Shown here in pieces: positions 46,712-57,821 of a stretch of 64,000 nucleotides of DNA (positions are counted from its first letter, which is position 1; each line of letters opens with the position of its first letter). This stretch comes from Mayamaea pseudoterrestris (taxonomy: Eukaryota), in contig BROI01000017.1 of the NCBI GenBank assembly GCA_027923505.1, positions 558,001 to 622,000 of the forward strand. The letters run 5' to 3'. Both the position numbers and the translations under genes were made by a program. The notes under the pieces were generated by a model, which had not been told where the DNA came from, did no database searches, and was given only the letters and a program-made list of their open reading frames with translations.

Positions 46712-47294
46712 ATGTTGACTGCTATTGACGAGTACGACATTCGACAAGCCTTTGATGTCTTGGACGCTGAGAAGGACGAAGTCATTACCTTGGCGGATCT
46801 GGAGACGATTCTTTTGGGACTTGGATTTGCCGACCGCGTCGACTCACTGACGCTGGAGCGCCAACTGAGCGAAGTTGCCATAGGAGCAAGCAATAATTCA
46901 AGCATTGATATTGAGACTGTACTCGGTATTATTCGCAGATATGTAAGTGCGGTCTTGATTTGGGGTGCATGGAACATGGCAGGAGTTGATGTGTCTTACC
47001 TCATCGTTCGAATTGTGAACTGCTCAATAATGCATTATTGCACTGTTATAACGCTTACAGTATCCACGCCAGATTGATCGCGAGACATTCATGCAGCAAA
47101 GCTTTCAGCTTGTCGATACGGACAATAAGGGATACATTAATGCTTGCGATGTTCAAAAGCTTGCCAGTGACGTGGGACAATCCTTTTCCGAGCGACAGGC
47201 CGAGACCGTCATTGCTCATACGTCGACCAAGAATGCAAACAAGGTGGACGCATCTGAATTCTATGCAATGTTTACGCCGCCCGATCCTAATTGA
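46712..47294 (+). CDS. EF-hand calmodulin/centrin-like protein, 2 exons
   Basis: IRQAFDVLDAEKDEVITLADL and FQLVDTDNKGYINACDV. Intron 46943..47060 (GTAAGT..TACAG) is phase 0. Confidence 0.82.
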
Positions 47295-47731
47295 AGACTG
47301 GCTTGGAAGACTGCTTGTATGATTGCTCTGCAAGAAGGACGTTGAGGCCCCAGTATTCCATTGACAAGCATACCGTGTTAATCCTTTTTAAGGCAAACTA
47401 ATTAATGATTGCTTGCGAATCGACAGTGATCAAACTGGGGCATGATTAACACGTTTGGAAAATGCTGGCTTGCGACAATATCGCACGCAAAGAGCCCTAG
47501 CTGACGACGGTGCCGAGTAGAGCGGCAAATTCGTTAAGAGGAGTAAACTACTTGTATGACCAAGCAGACAAAACTTTAAGCCATAAGCATTAGTGCTAAG
47601 AATTGTTTACTCATCCTCAATTCTTGTGTCAGATAGAAGAAGTAAAGTTTAACTTTGCGCATACTGTCACAAGTTTTGCAGCATCGATGTCGTTTGTTTA
47701 TAACACATCCATGATGGTCCATTACGCTCTT

Positions 47732-48754
47732 TTAAACCGGCTTGAAATCCTTGTGCGTCTCCCTGTACTTGCCGATCAAATGATCGCCCGCCGTCGTGGG
47801 TGGATACCTCGCCGGCTGCTCCGGACTGCAGCAAACGTCCAAACATTCCACAAGTGTCTCAAAGGAGGGTTCGAAAAAGAAGGGAATCGAGTAACGATCA
47901 ACTTGATTGGCCGTCATGACGACCCGATGTCGAGTGGAACGAAATTGCCCATTGGTCCATCGCTCCAGCATGTCACCCAAATTGACAATCATCGTGGTGG
48001 CGTCGCGAGGCGGAGGAGCATCCATCCATTCGCCATTGAGGGATTGGATTTGCAAACCACCGGCAGAAGGTTGTTTCTGGTTTTGTTCGACGAGGAGCAG
48101 AGTAATCATGCCGTAATCCGAATGCGCTCCGCAGGCAAACAATCCTTCGGTGGGGTTTGATGCCACTGGGGGATAATGAAGAAGGCGAAGGGACGCCATC
48201 GGCTCTATAAACGCCGCGTCGAAATAGTGATCATCCTCCAGTCCAACTGCGAACGCTAGCATTTGTACCACTTGAACGGCAAGCTCGCTCATGGATGCAT
48301 GGTATGTATTCATGACACGCTTGAACTCGAGACACTCTAGCTCCGACCATGGCGTTGTCACTGGAGTCGGATATTGGTTCGGACCTCGTAGCTTTGTCAA
48401 ATCATATCGATCGTCATCCTTTGGAATATGTCGTCCAATGTAAAAGCCTTCCTTGGTATCGCCACGCGACACTTGAACCTCTGGATCAAGTGTTTCCTCC
48501 TCCATGGCAGTGTAGCCGCGTGAAAGTACATGGTCCGAGAGCAAACGTTTGGAAGATTCTGATAGAGCAAATAGCTTTTTTGATTGCTCAAAGACAGAAT
48601 TAATTAGTGACGGGTCAATGGAATGACCTTGTAAGTAGAAGAATCCAACGTTGATGCAGGCATCGCGAAGGCGCTGGACAGTCGCCATCCGATTGGCGAC
48701 AAACTCGTCCATGCGAATCACCGGAATCGCAGCGTCAGAGGCGATTTCAAGCAT
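47732..48754 (-). CDS. 2-oxoglutarate/Fe(II)-dependent oxygenase (IPNS/DIOX-like)
   Basis: ACINVGFFYL, HxD (AHSDYG), NLGDMLERWTNG, distal His (STRHRV) and RxS (RYSIPFF). Confidence 0.93.
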   Translation of the reverse strand: MLEIASDAAIPVIRMDEFVANRMATVQRLRDACINVGFFYLQGHSIDPSLINSVFEQSKKLFALSESSKRLLSDHVLSRGYTAMEEETLDPEVQVSRGDTKEGFYIGRHIPKDDDRYDLTKLRGPNQYPTPVTTPWSELECLEFKRVMNTYHASMSELAVQVVQMLAFAVGLEDDHYFDAAFIEPMASLRLLHYPPVASNPTEGLFACGAHSDYGMITLLLVEQNQKQPSAGGLQIQSLNGEWMDAPPPRDATTMIVNLGDMLERWTNGQFRSTRHRVVMTANQVDRYSIPFFFEPSFETLVECLDVCCSPEQPARYPPTTAGDHLIGKYRETHKDFKPV

Positions 48755-49095
48755 GATTTGGTGCAATACGTTAAACTTTGGTTCAGTTTGTAAAAGCTAC
48801 TGGTTTATTTGTGAGGTTTGTTGGACAATGAAACAATTCTGTCGAGGGCGAAGGCGATGCGTGCCGGGTCCATCTATGTCGTAGCGTTTTCCATCGGACA
48901 TCCACTTACTACGTAGGTATTTAGCTATGTACCGACACGTTATCCAATCCGTCGCCGAGCTACGTTACATTTCTGTACACCAACTTATCACACTCAGCTG
49001 CTAATATAGAGTAAAGTATCAAACTTAATGAACAATCTCTGACAGCATCATGGAGTCACGTCAATTCTTTTAGATATATATGTAAGGTGCCATGT

Positions 49096-49680
49096 TCACT
49101 CATCATCAAGCTCCAACTCCTTATTCAACTTCTTCTCCTTTTGCATATCCGCTGCAATGGCACCAAGGGCAAGCGTCGTTCCGATTGCCGAACCATGGCT
49201 CAGCACTTGCGCCACGCCTAGCGCTCCTGCGCTGTATCCAAGTCGAGACGGTGACAATCGCGCCAGCATCAAGGCACCTGCCGCCACACCCATGCCTGTC
49301 CAGTGCAAGGCATCCATGACGCGGATGCGCTCATTGTGCAAAATGCCATTGGCACGCAATTCAATGCCTTCCTCATCCCAGGCTGGAAAGTTTGGATCAT
49401 TCTTTTTCTTGGCCTCCTGCAAGCCGACGTATCCAAAGACTGCACCGAAAGCGCCGAGCGCCAATGACGCCGTTCCCATGGATACCAACAATGAAGGTCT
49501 TCTTCGAACTGCATATGCAGCTACTCCCAATAGATTTCCAACGGCCGAAAAAGCAGCGAATCCACTGTCCATGACGTGATAGACAATTGCTGTCTCGGGG
49601 TTGGTTGTGTGCTGTGAAACGAGATCAGCAACAGTAAACTTTATTTTGAGAAACGACTCATTAAAATTTGTTGGCGACAT
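49096..49680 (-). CDS. Hypothetical membrane protein
   Basis: ~194-aa ORF with four Gly/Ala-rich hydrophobic segments; family not recognised. Confidence 0.65.
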   Translation of the reverse strand: MSPTNFNESFLKIKFTVADLVSQHTTNPETAIVYHVMDSGFAAFSAVGNLLGVAAYAVRRRPSLLVSMGTASLALGAFGAVFGYVGLQEAKKKNDPNFPAWDEEGIELRANGILHNERIRVMDALHWTGMGVAAGALMLARLSPSRLGYSAGALGVAQVLSHGSAIGTTLALGAIAADMQKEKKLNKELELDDE

Positions 49681-50079
49681 AATTGCAACAGAGTTTTGTT
49701 TTGCGTCCGTCACTTTTCGAACTTGAAACGAGAAGCGGCGAAGTCTTTGTTCTTTGTCCTTGCGTCTTGCGTCAGCAAAGAAAGAGGAGAAAGAGCCAGC
49801 GCTTTACTGATCTGAGAAAATGCTGCCTTTAAAACTTTTTGATGGATAAGTTGCAAAGCAGCTCCTTCTTTGCTGCAATCTTTATGACAACAAAATCTTT
49901 TCCAGTCAATGCGCTTCGCTTTGCAGAGAAGCACTTACTTTGTGTCGTAGCGCGACTGACAAGGCTATACCGGTACGACTTACTCGAGCACCAATTATCA
50001 CTCGATTATCGCCATGTTCGATCGCATCTCATGTCAAGCATCAGCTAAGCCACTTGTTCCCGTCGTTGGCATAGTTAAC

Positions 50080-51570
50080 ATGCATCATTCTATATCAGTA
50101 ACATTATTCATAGTAAAATGCTGCTTATTTGATCTAGCAACTGCCTTTGTGACGCATTCAACGAGCTCCAAAAGGCTATCCTCCTCGCCATCATTCCTTC
50201 CACTCCATGAAACGACGCCATTAAGTCTTATTGACGCTACATCCTTGGAAAGTTCATCGCTAGAGACTACATCTAGAGCTTCCCAGCTCCAAGTCACTCG
50301 AACAAAGTGTATCACTGGAGTTGTTCCTCGGGCTGGTCCATTGAATCAAGCAGTAGCACACATTCTCGCAATTATCAATCCGTCAGACCAAGCAGATGCA
50401 AACAATGAAAACACCATGACCGAGGCAGATTTGCTGCAGCAAGCGAATGATTTGATTGCCATTGGAGCTGTCTGGGCTCGCATGGAAACGCTGGATCAAA
50501 CCGATGTGCTCAACCAGTACGATCCTTCCATGGGCTCGCGCGCCAGCAGTCGCGTCCGGTACGCCGACGTTGCCATTTCGTATAACGACGAATCGTCGGC
50601 GAATGATGACAGCCACGAGGAGGGAGACTTGGATGTTTACGTGGAGCAAATGGAGTCACTCCGCTACCGACGCGTGCTGACGCCCGGTTGGATGGAGGCG
50701 GGCACCGACGTTCGCGTCTATCCAGAGCCGCGCAAATTTCCAGCCTGCGCGCAGTTTCAAGATCCGTCGCGACTCTTGTACGAGGACACAACCTTTGTTG
50801 TAGTTGACAAGCCTCCCATGCTGCCCACGCAGCCGGATGCATCCAACTACTTTGAGTGCTGTCCTGGTTGCGTGGAAACACACATGAAACCCTTTGTCGA
50901 TATTCGCAACAATCCAGTCAAGCGATTGGTCTTGTGTCATCGCGTCGACTCGTGCGTTGGTGGCTGCGTCGTACTTAGCAAGGACCGCAATGGCCAAAAG
51001 GTTTTCCAGGACTGGCAGCAGGACCGCAAGCTGCGCAAGGTGTACCTGGCTGTCACTACTTCGCCAGTGCCAGTCGGCATGCACATTCAGTGGATGTGGT
51101 CGCCGCAAACGGTGCGTGGACAATCCGGCGGACCGCCGTGTCAGCTGGTGCGAACATCGCCGCCAGAGTCGCGACGAAAGGCGCGTCAGTTTTGGAATCG
51201 GTGTGTGCTGGAGGTTGTCAAGTGCGAACCAATTGACATATACGCAAGCGATGGACATGGCTACGAACCTGGAGAGCAGCAGCACTATCAAAGTACAATT
51301 CGACTCGTGACGGGACGCAAGCATCAAGTGCGAGCGCAATTGGCAGCTTTGGGAAGTCCCATTATACGTGATTCACTCTATGGGCCAATGGCAGGCATTA
51401 CGTTAGACAGTTTGGAAATGTCCGAGGAAATCATGGATCATGCCGTTGCGCAATGTTGTGTGCCGGCCGAGCCGATTGGTTTGCAGGCGCATGCAATATT
51501 GTTTGGAGGCGTGCGAGCCAAGGCTGGAACTCCCTGGTGGGGAGACCGTATTGCAAAAGTTGACAAGTAG
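50080..51570 (+). CDS. RluA-family pseudouridine synthase, probable plastid presequence
   Basis: VVDKPPMLPT, catalytic CHRVDSCVGG, TGRKHQVRAQ and IIRDSLYG. Signal peptide ends LATA-FV. Confidence 0.9.
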   Translation: MHHSISVTLFIVKCCLFDLATAFVTHSTSSKRLSSSPSFLPLHETTPLSLIDATSLESSSLETTSRASQLQVTRTKCITGVVPRAGPLNQAVAHILAIINPSDQADANNENTMTEADLLQQANDLIAIGAVWARMETLDQTDVLNQYDPSMGSRASSRVRYADVAISYNDESSANDDSHEEGDLDVYVEQMESLRYRRVLTPGWMEAGTDVRVYPEPRKFPACAQFQDPSRLLYEDTTFVVVDKPPMLPTQPDASNYFECCPGCVETHMKPFVDIRNNPVKRLVLCHRVDSCVGGCVVLSKDRNGQKVFQDWQQDRKLRKVYLAVTTSPVPVGMHIQWMWSPQTVRGQSGGPPCQLVRTSPPESRRKARQFWNRCVLEVVKCEPIDIYASDGHGYEPGEQQHYQSTIRLVTGRKHQVRAQLAALGSPIIRDSLYGPMAGITLDSLEMSEEIMDHAVAQCCVPAEPIGLQAHAILFGGVRAKAGTPWWGDRIAKVDK

Positions 51571-51929
51571 CGGAAGAAAGGTAATCGTTGATTCATCAAG
51601 TTCCTTCGCCGCCACTCGTTTTGCGTTGTCATAGGTAGTCTCTTTTAAAGACGCTACCTTTCCGCCTTTTGAGTCATCAATACAACGGATGAGGCGTTGG
51701 TCCACCAAGTGAGACCACCGATCCTCTTGGTGTCGTATAGTTCAATAATCATAAATAAGACGATATGATGATGTTTTGTACTAGTAGTAACATACCTGTA
51801 CAACGCGTGGCCTACCATAGCTCATTCTATGCTGCTGGGCTCGACAAGAAAAATGAAAACAACAACACAAAATAGGAAAAGGGAGGTAATCTAAGCTATC
51901 AAGCGACAGACACCATAAAAGCACAGCGA

Positions 51930-54900
51930 CTAGCGGCGAGACTTTGTCGTGCGTGACGATGCAGCACTATTAGTCTTTGGTTTCTTGACAATGGTAGGCT
52001 TGCTCGTGCGGTTCCCAGTGTTTTCAAAGTCAAAGTCAAGGTCAGAGTAATCTGACTTGGATGATCGACTCCCGCGCTTCTTGGCAATTTTCCTGGCACC
52101 AGTTGGTTGATCGGAATCCATGGACGAAGGCAGCATTTCAGCATGATTTATTTTGATTTGAGTCGGGACTCCCTTGGTAGTTTTTCGAGATTTCAACGTG
52201 CCACGTTTTCTTGTCGCAATCTCTTCCTGGAAAGAGTCGTCTTGCGATAGCGTCGCGGGCTTCGAAACTCGGGTGGGCGCACGACGGTTGTCACGAGGCG
52301 GCTTTTCCCCTGCAATAACCTTTCTCTTCTTGTTTCCCTCTTGCGATATCGCCAAATCAGGTTGGCCAAATGACAATGCAATGTCTTCATCCTCCGCGGA
52401 TGCTGTATCCTCAGAACTAATTTTCGGCGGTAAACTATGAGGCGGAAGCACTTGCGACTGCTCTTGAACACCACTAGTTCCTTCAAGCAATGACTTGCGA
52501 CTGCTCGATGTACGGGGAGTCGTGGATGGCATGGTTGAGCCACGCAATATAGAAGGCGGCGTAGTCCCAAGTGTGGGAATGGAGCAGCTCAACCGGGTGC
52601 TTCTACGACTGCCATGGCTTGGCGACTCTGTATTGGAAGATGCGGGTGATCCAGACTGTGCAATTGGACTCATATCTCCGAAATGTTCGCTGCCTGTCTC
52701 GGCACTGAGCATTGATTGATGAGCTGCGCTGCCTGGTTTAAACTGCACATCTGGTGAGAAGTGCACATTCCTCTTTTTAGAACTCAAAGGAGAGGCATCA
52801 TTGATGCCCATTGACTCGTCGGGTACGCTCTCGAGAGCTTGGCTCGGAGACTTTTCATTTGTAGACGTACGTGCAGCGGGAGAGAGATCCCTTTTCCGTT
52901 TTGTTTGTAATGGGCTTGTCGTCTTCATAGAATGGCTATGGCTGGACGCTGTGTCTTGACTTGACAATGTGACGGATTCAGTGCGCCGGTCTGATCGTCG
53001 TGATTTGCTGTGTATTTTCTTAAAGAGAAAGCTTGGTAGCAGGATGCTGCCGGGATATTGATTCAAGTTCGTGTCTTTCTTGACAAAGCCTAGCAGTACT
53101 TCTCTGGCGGCGGTTGCTACAGATTTCAGCTTAGCTTCCAATACAATGTCGCGCTTGTTCTCAGCAGTCTCTGCCTCAGAAGTTTTTAAATCAATCAAGT
53201 GAAGCGATGTACAATTGCCGCTTCCCCTGTGAAAACCGGGTGCAATGTCTACTGGGCGAAAGTTCTTTCCAAGCATCTCCGTCATTCGAAGCAAGAATGA
53301 AATATTGTCCGCATTCTCCCCCAGGCTCAAAATCAGCGGTTCAAGCAGGATTCTCAGACGCTTTCGTAGAACTTTGTTTTGAGCTTCGTCATCTGCAAGT
53401 TTATGATTATCTGGGTCAGCGTCAGCATCGACTACTCCTCCGGCGTAAGGAGTTTCTCGGCGGTGTGTCAACAAATGTATTGCATAGGGCACCATATATT
53501 CAGGCATTAGTCCAGTCTTGGTTGTGTCAAATTCCCTTTCGCGTCCATTGGCCTTGCATTGGTTGTAGTAAGAATCACACACCTTGCGCAGATTCGCAAC
53601 ACAAGCCAAAGCAGAATGCTTTATGGTAACCGATACCTTACCAATTTTAGCAGCATTGCCACATGCAGCGCTAGCATCGCCTTCGCTGCAAAAGACAACC
53701 AGTGACACAAAGCGGAGAGCTGGAGATGCTGGTCGACTGTTGGGACTGGAGTAGACCCCTTTACCGGTTATCATTTGCGACAATTCCTCGATGCACGCTT
53801 CTCGTACAACACGTTCTTCGCCCAGCAACATGTCGGCAAGGCATTTCCAACCGGTCAAATCGAGGTATCTGCTTTCGAGGCCAAGGCGAGGGTCGCATAG
53901 ACGAAATAGGTGCACGCTAGCACATTGCCGGAGGGCAGCGCGATCTTGTCGCGCATTACAGCGCCGACGGTCGGATTCAGACGGTGGAAGACCTTGATCA
54001 CGCAGCATTTGAATCAGTTGCTGGAACACTTTGCCAATAAACGGCGTTATTTGTTCGCGTAGACCGTCCGATTTGTTCTGAAAAGAATACAGAAGTGCTG
54101 AGCGAATTGTACAGACCAAGAAATCAATCGCGGCGCACACTGTCCGACAAGTTATTGACAGGTTTTCGTCCTCAAGAAGGCTGGACGCCATTTCCGGTGT
54201 TATGTGTTTACGTGAAGACCCAACACTTCGTTGCTTGCGACCAGAGCTCGGAGTTTTCGCTTCCGCTGTCGAAGCAGCAGTCGACTCATCTTCGCCCGCT
54301 TCGTCTGAACGGTTCCGGCCCATTAGCAACGTTTCCAAAGCGAACTTCATCGCTTTCTGTCCACGGTCGCTTGAGAGCAAGACTTCGGATGCACAGTCCG
54401 ACAGTGCGGATAGTGCAGACATTGTACGAACCAGGTTCAAGGATTTTTCGGAACTTGCTATCACAAGCTTATTTGGTGCGGTCAGCACGCTGATCACGTG
54501 TGAAAGCGTCTGCTTCTTCGCTTTTGCGGACTGTGACGAATGCGCTTCGTCAGCAGCGGCTTTAGGAAGTAATACTCTGGCCAACGTGTACATCGCATGC
54601 CGCGCTTGTTCTGGCGTTCCATCTCGTGTGCATAGTTGCATCAACTCCTCTTGTAATTGCGTCGTGTTGACATCATCTTCAATATCCATGTTATCCGAAG
54701 CTTTCGGCGCGGGAGCTGCCACCGCGAGGATGGAGCTCAAAGTCGTAAGAATTCCATTTTCAGCAAGATCCTTCTTCCTGTCCTTGTCGTCGATCGCACG
54801 GCAACTACTAAACAAATCCGTCAGATTTGAAAAGGTTTCGGACACTCCACCCAACGTCGGAAAGATATCTATAATAGTCTTGATGGAAGAAAGAAAGGCG

Positions 54901-57449
54901 GCGCACGCCGTAATGTCCTCTTCATTGAAACTTTCGTGCGCGAGCCGGGCGCATTCGGCGGCAACACTGGCATTCATAAAATCTCCCATGCAGCAACGCC
55001 GGACCAGATTCTTAATCCATATCGACGCATTGTCACTGGCTGCCGACTTCATGCGCTTCGGAAGGTCGTCAAGTGCCTTGAAGCGAACCTTATTGCTTTG
55101 CTTTGGATCCACAACCAAAGCAAGCTGCCGAAATATATGCTTGTCGCGAGCCTTGTGGAAGTCTTCAAGCACCTTGGCTTGGTCGTTGCCGGGCGCCGGT
55201 GGCGCCAATGTCGCCACCTTTTCGAGCAGATCCAGCGTATTAGCTTGTGCCGTATAAAAGTCTTCCGATCCGTGTTCTAAATCCTTCATGGCCATGCGAG
55301 CTTCCAAGTACTTGAACAAGCTTTTCTGCAAAGCAGCTCGCTGTCCAAACAATTGCCTCATGTATTTAAAGGCGTTAGTTTGCGTCGCCTCATTGTAATG
55401 CATCAGGAAGTCGCCTTCCGATATTGTGTTAAGAATCATGGTGAAACCGACGGCTCGAGCCGTGACAGACAAGTGCTTATAGCTAGTCGACGACGTATCA
55501 CTGCCCAGTAGGACCTCATCGAGAACTTGAACAACGCGGCTGCGCATATCCGAGTCCATTGCATCGGTAAAATAGGCACATTCGAAAATTTTTGAGGGTA
55601 TCCAGCCAAATGTCTCGTCATCAATATCCTTGTACCCGTCGCCATCATCAACATCATCGTCGCCAAAATCCAATTTTTTGTTATTGTTATTGTGGCGCCG
55701 CTTCTTGGTTTGCCGACTGCCTCGGTGTCCTGGTCGTAGATGACATGCCTCATGAAGCACCTCCAAAACGCGAGAAACGTCAAGAATGTCACGAGTAGCG
55801 TCCCCGTCGATAGGCACTAAGGATGCCACCTTTTCGCGCAAATACTGTCGAAAGTATATTTGCGCTAAGCCCGTCATGGCATTCTTGCGCTCCTCCTTGT
55901 GCTTACTGCTCACGCGCGTCCCGACAGCATGGAGCAGCCCTGGCGAGGCGCGAATCGCCACTGGGCTTGGACTCCGATAGACCCAATCACAAACAGCAAA
56001 AATTGCTTCCATTCGCACGCTAACATCGGGATCTTCCTTAATCATACCAACTAATGTCATGGTAACATCGTCGCGCGTCGTCCAGTGACTCGTTGTTGCA
56101 TTGCTTCCCGTCGTTACAACAACTTCGCCAGACGCACTCGTCTCTCCCGCCTGAGCAGCCAAAATCTTGACAAGGCAGTCCACCATGCAGCGCCGAATCG
56201 AAACGGAAACATCGTTGCGTCGACCGAGCCATTCCTTGAAGACAAGTCGAAAATCAGCCGCCAGATTGCTGTTTGTGCCTTTCTTGTGACTCGCTGCAAA
56301 TAAATCACCAAGCAATTTTGTCGCAGCAAGTCGCGTCACTTCATCATGCACAACAAGCCCATGTGAGACTGTTCCAATGACAGTCGTTAAAATGGATGGA
56401 GCGAGAACGAACAATTGACGTATTATTGTGTAGACACTGTCTTGGTGATTCGTAGACGCCGCAGCGTCCGCTGTATTGGCAAATGTAACGGGCGGCTCAA
56501 TGGAAATGTTGCTTCGTTCGATCGTTTGCGAGTCGCCATTCAAAAGTCCATTCAGCAAGGTCGCAATAGGAGTACTGAGTCTGTTGAGCGTGCTTTGTAT
56601 GACCTTTGCGGCGCAAACGTAACTGGGATTGGGAACCTTCCTTTGAATCAACAGAGAAGCCTGTGAAGATGGAGTACCCTTCTTGGCACTTCGAACCTTC
56701 TTGCTGCTTCCGCCGACACTTGCACTACCATTTCCTTGAGCAGCTGCATTCTCCGTAATGGTAATGCTAGGTCCTTGACCAATGCACAGAAGCAATTCAT
56801 CCAAGACGGCAATGGGAACATTTTGCGGATCATATTCATCCAGAACCGCGACAATCGCCTTTTGCGCCAACTCCAAAACAATGGGCGGATGATCATGTCG
56901 GAGGCAGTGCAGTAATGCTTGAACAAATTCCGCCAAGAGTTCCATCGCTTCCTTTCCGCTTGGAATACAATCAGCTTCGTCTAAATCGTCGCGACTAGCA
57001 TCCGCCGCTGCACAATGCTTGGCAACTTCCACGAGAACAACTCCAATCTTGACTTGCGCCAGCAGTATCAATATTCGCTCATACTGCGCAAAGTAGTCGT
57101 GATTCGGATCCGTGACAGTCGCTAGTGAGGCAAGCTGCGGAATTAATTGTCGAAAGACTTGCAACACTTCCGCTTCATCGTAGGGACAGTCAGGAGCAAA
57201 GATTGCTAGAATTTCAAGCGACGCCAAGAGCGCCAGCAGTCGCACTTGCTTGTCCTTGTGATTGAAATAATCCAGCAAGGAGGATGCCGTCGCCGTCAAG
57301 TGATCGGGCTCAAGACGCTCGTCCGTTTGCAAAAAGTGCACAAGCTTGTCAAGCCGGCGAAGCAAATCGGGCTTGCTGCGAGCCACTTCCTTGAGATAGG
57401 CCGGTGCAATCACGCGGAGTGTAGCCTGGTCCGGTCCGCTGGACGTCAT
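51930..57449 (-). CDS. PDS5: Sister chromatid cohesion protein PDS5 homolog
   Basis: HKDKQVRLL..ILAIFAPDCPY, WLGRRND, FGWIPSKI, GTPEQARHA and MPEYMVPYAIHLLTH; HEAT-repeat body with a low-complexity Ser/Lys tail. Confidence 0.88.
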   Translation of the reverse strand: MTSSGPDQATLRVIAPAYLKEVARSKPDLLRRLDKLVHFLQTDERLEPDHLTATASSLLDYFNHKDKQVRLLALLASLEILAIFAPDCPYDEAEVLQVFRQLIPQLASLATVTDPNHDYFAQYERILILLAQVKIGVVLVEVAKHCAAADASRDDLDEADCIPSGKEAMELLAEFVQALLHCLRHDHPPIVLELAQKAIVAVLDEYDPQNVPIAVLDELLLCIGQGPSITITENAAAQGNGSASVGGSSKKVRSAKKGTPSSQASLLIQRKVPNPSYVCAAKVIQSTLNRLSTPIATLLNGLLNGDSQTIERSNISIEPPVTFANTADAAASTNHQDSVYTIIRQLFVLAPSILTTVIGTVSHGLVVHDEVTRLAATKLLGDLFAASHKKGTNSNLAADFRLVFKEWLGRRNDVSVSIRRCMVDCLVKILAAQAGETSASGEVVVTTGSNATTSHWTTRDDVTMTLVGMIKEDPDVSVRMEAIFAVCDWVYRSPSPVAIRASPGLLHAVGTRVSSKHKEERKNAMTGLAQIYFRQYLREKVASLVPIDGDATRDILDVSRVLEVLHEACHLRPGHRGSRQTKKRRHNNNNKKLDFGDDDVDDGDGYKDIDDETFGWIPSKIFECAYFTDAMDSDMRSRVVQVLDEVLLGSDTSSTSYKHLSVTARAVGFTMILNTISEGDFLMHYNEATQTNAFKYMRQLFGQRAALQKSLFKYLEARMAMKDLEHGSEDFYTAQANTLDLLEKVATLAPPAPGNDQAKVLEDFHKARDKHIFRQLALVVDPKQSNKVRFKALDDLPKRMKSAASDNASIWIKNLVRRCCMGDFMNASVAAECARLAHESFNEEDITACAAFLSSIKTIIDIFPTLGGVSETFSNLTDLFSSCRAIDDKDRKKDLAENGILTTLSSILAVAAPAPKASDNMDIEDDVNTTQLQEELMQLCTRDGTPEQARHAMYTLARVLLPKAAADEAHSSQSAKAKKQTLSHVISVLTAPNKLVIASSEKSLNLVRTMSALSALSDCASEVLLSSDRGQKAMKFALETLLMGRNRSDEAGEDESTAASTAEAKTPSSGRKQRSVGSSRKHITPEMASSLLEDENLSITCRTVCAAIDFLVCTIRSALLYSFQNKSDGLREQITPFIGKVFQQLIQMLRDQGLPPSESDRRRCNARQDRAALRQCASVHLFRLCDPRLGLESRYLDLTGWKCLADMLLGEERVVREACIEELSQMITGKGVYSSPNSRPASPALRFVSLVVFCSEGDASAACGNAAKIGKVSVTIKHSALACVANLRKVCDSYYNQCKANGREREFDTTKTGLMPEYMVPYAIHLLTHRRETPYAGGVVDADADPDNHKLADDEAQNKVLRKRLRILLEPLILSLGENADNISFLLRMTEMLGKNFRPVDIAPGFHRGSGNCTSLHLIDLKTSEAETAENKRDIVLEAKLKSVATAAREVLLGFVKKDTNLNQYPGSILLPSFLFKKIHSKSRRSDRRTESVTLSSQDTASSHSHSMKTTSPLQTKRKRDLSPAARTSTNEKSPSQALESVPDESMGINDASPLSSKKRNVHFSPDVQFKPGSAAHQSMLSAETGSEHFGDMSPIAQSGSPASSNTESPSHGSRRSTRLSCSIPTLGTTPPSILRGSTMPSTTPRTSSSRKSLLEGTSGVQEQSQVLPPHSLPPKISSEDTASAEDEDIALSFGQPDLAISQEGNKKRKVIAGEKPPRDNRRAPTRVSKPATLSQDDSFQEEIATRKRGTLKSRKTTKGVPTQIKINHAEMLPSSMDSDQPTGARKIAKKRGSRSSKSDYSDLDFDFENTGNRTSKPTIVKKPKTNSAASSRTTKSRR

Positions 57450-57821
57450 GATGCTGGCTTGATTGTCTTGTTCCTCGTGTTTTTTATGTGATGGTATGAT
57501 ATACCGTGAGAGGGAATAAGGATGAGCGACGGATGTGAGTTCTCGTGCACGCCAAAGTGTGCATCCATGGCAGCAGCAAAGAAGCAAGGAAGCTCTGCAT
57601 CCAACCTCCGAGCCCGCGAAACGCCTCGGCGAGGCTGGCGCGGGGGTTTCGCGCCACACACAAATGACGTCACATCGTAACGGTACTCACGACGACATCT
57701 CGCCGGACGAAACGATGGCCGGCACCATGACGGAATCGATGAGGCTGCACTGTGCTTATATCGCTCCCAATTAACTGTACGACGGCAATGAAGGGGTAAA
57801 AATAGAAAGAATTCAAAGGAC

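Noticed and set aside
54202..55257. 351-aa antisense ORF (and other antisense ORFs within long genes)
   Set aside because: Shadow frames of PDS5 and other genes, with no recognisable motifs.
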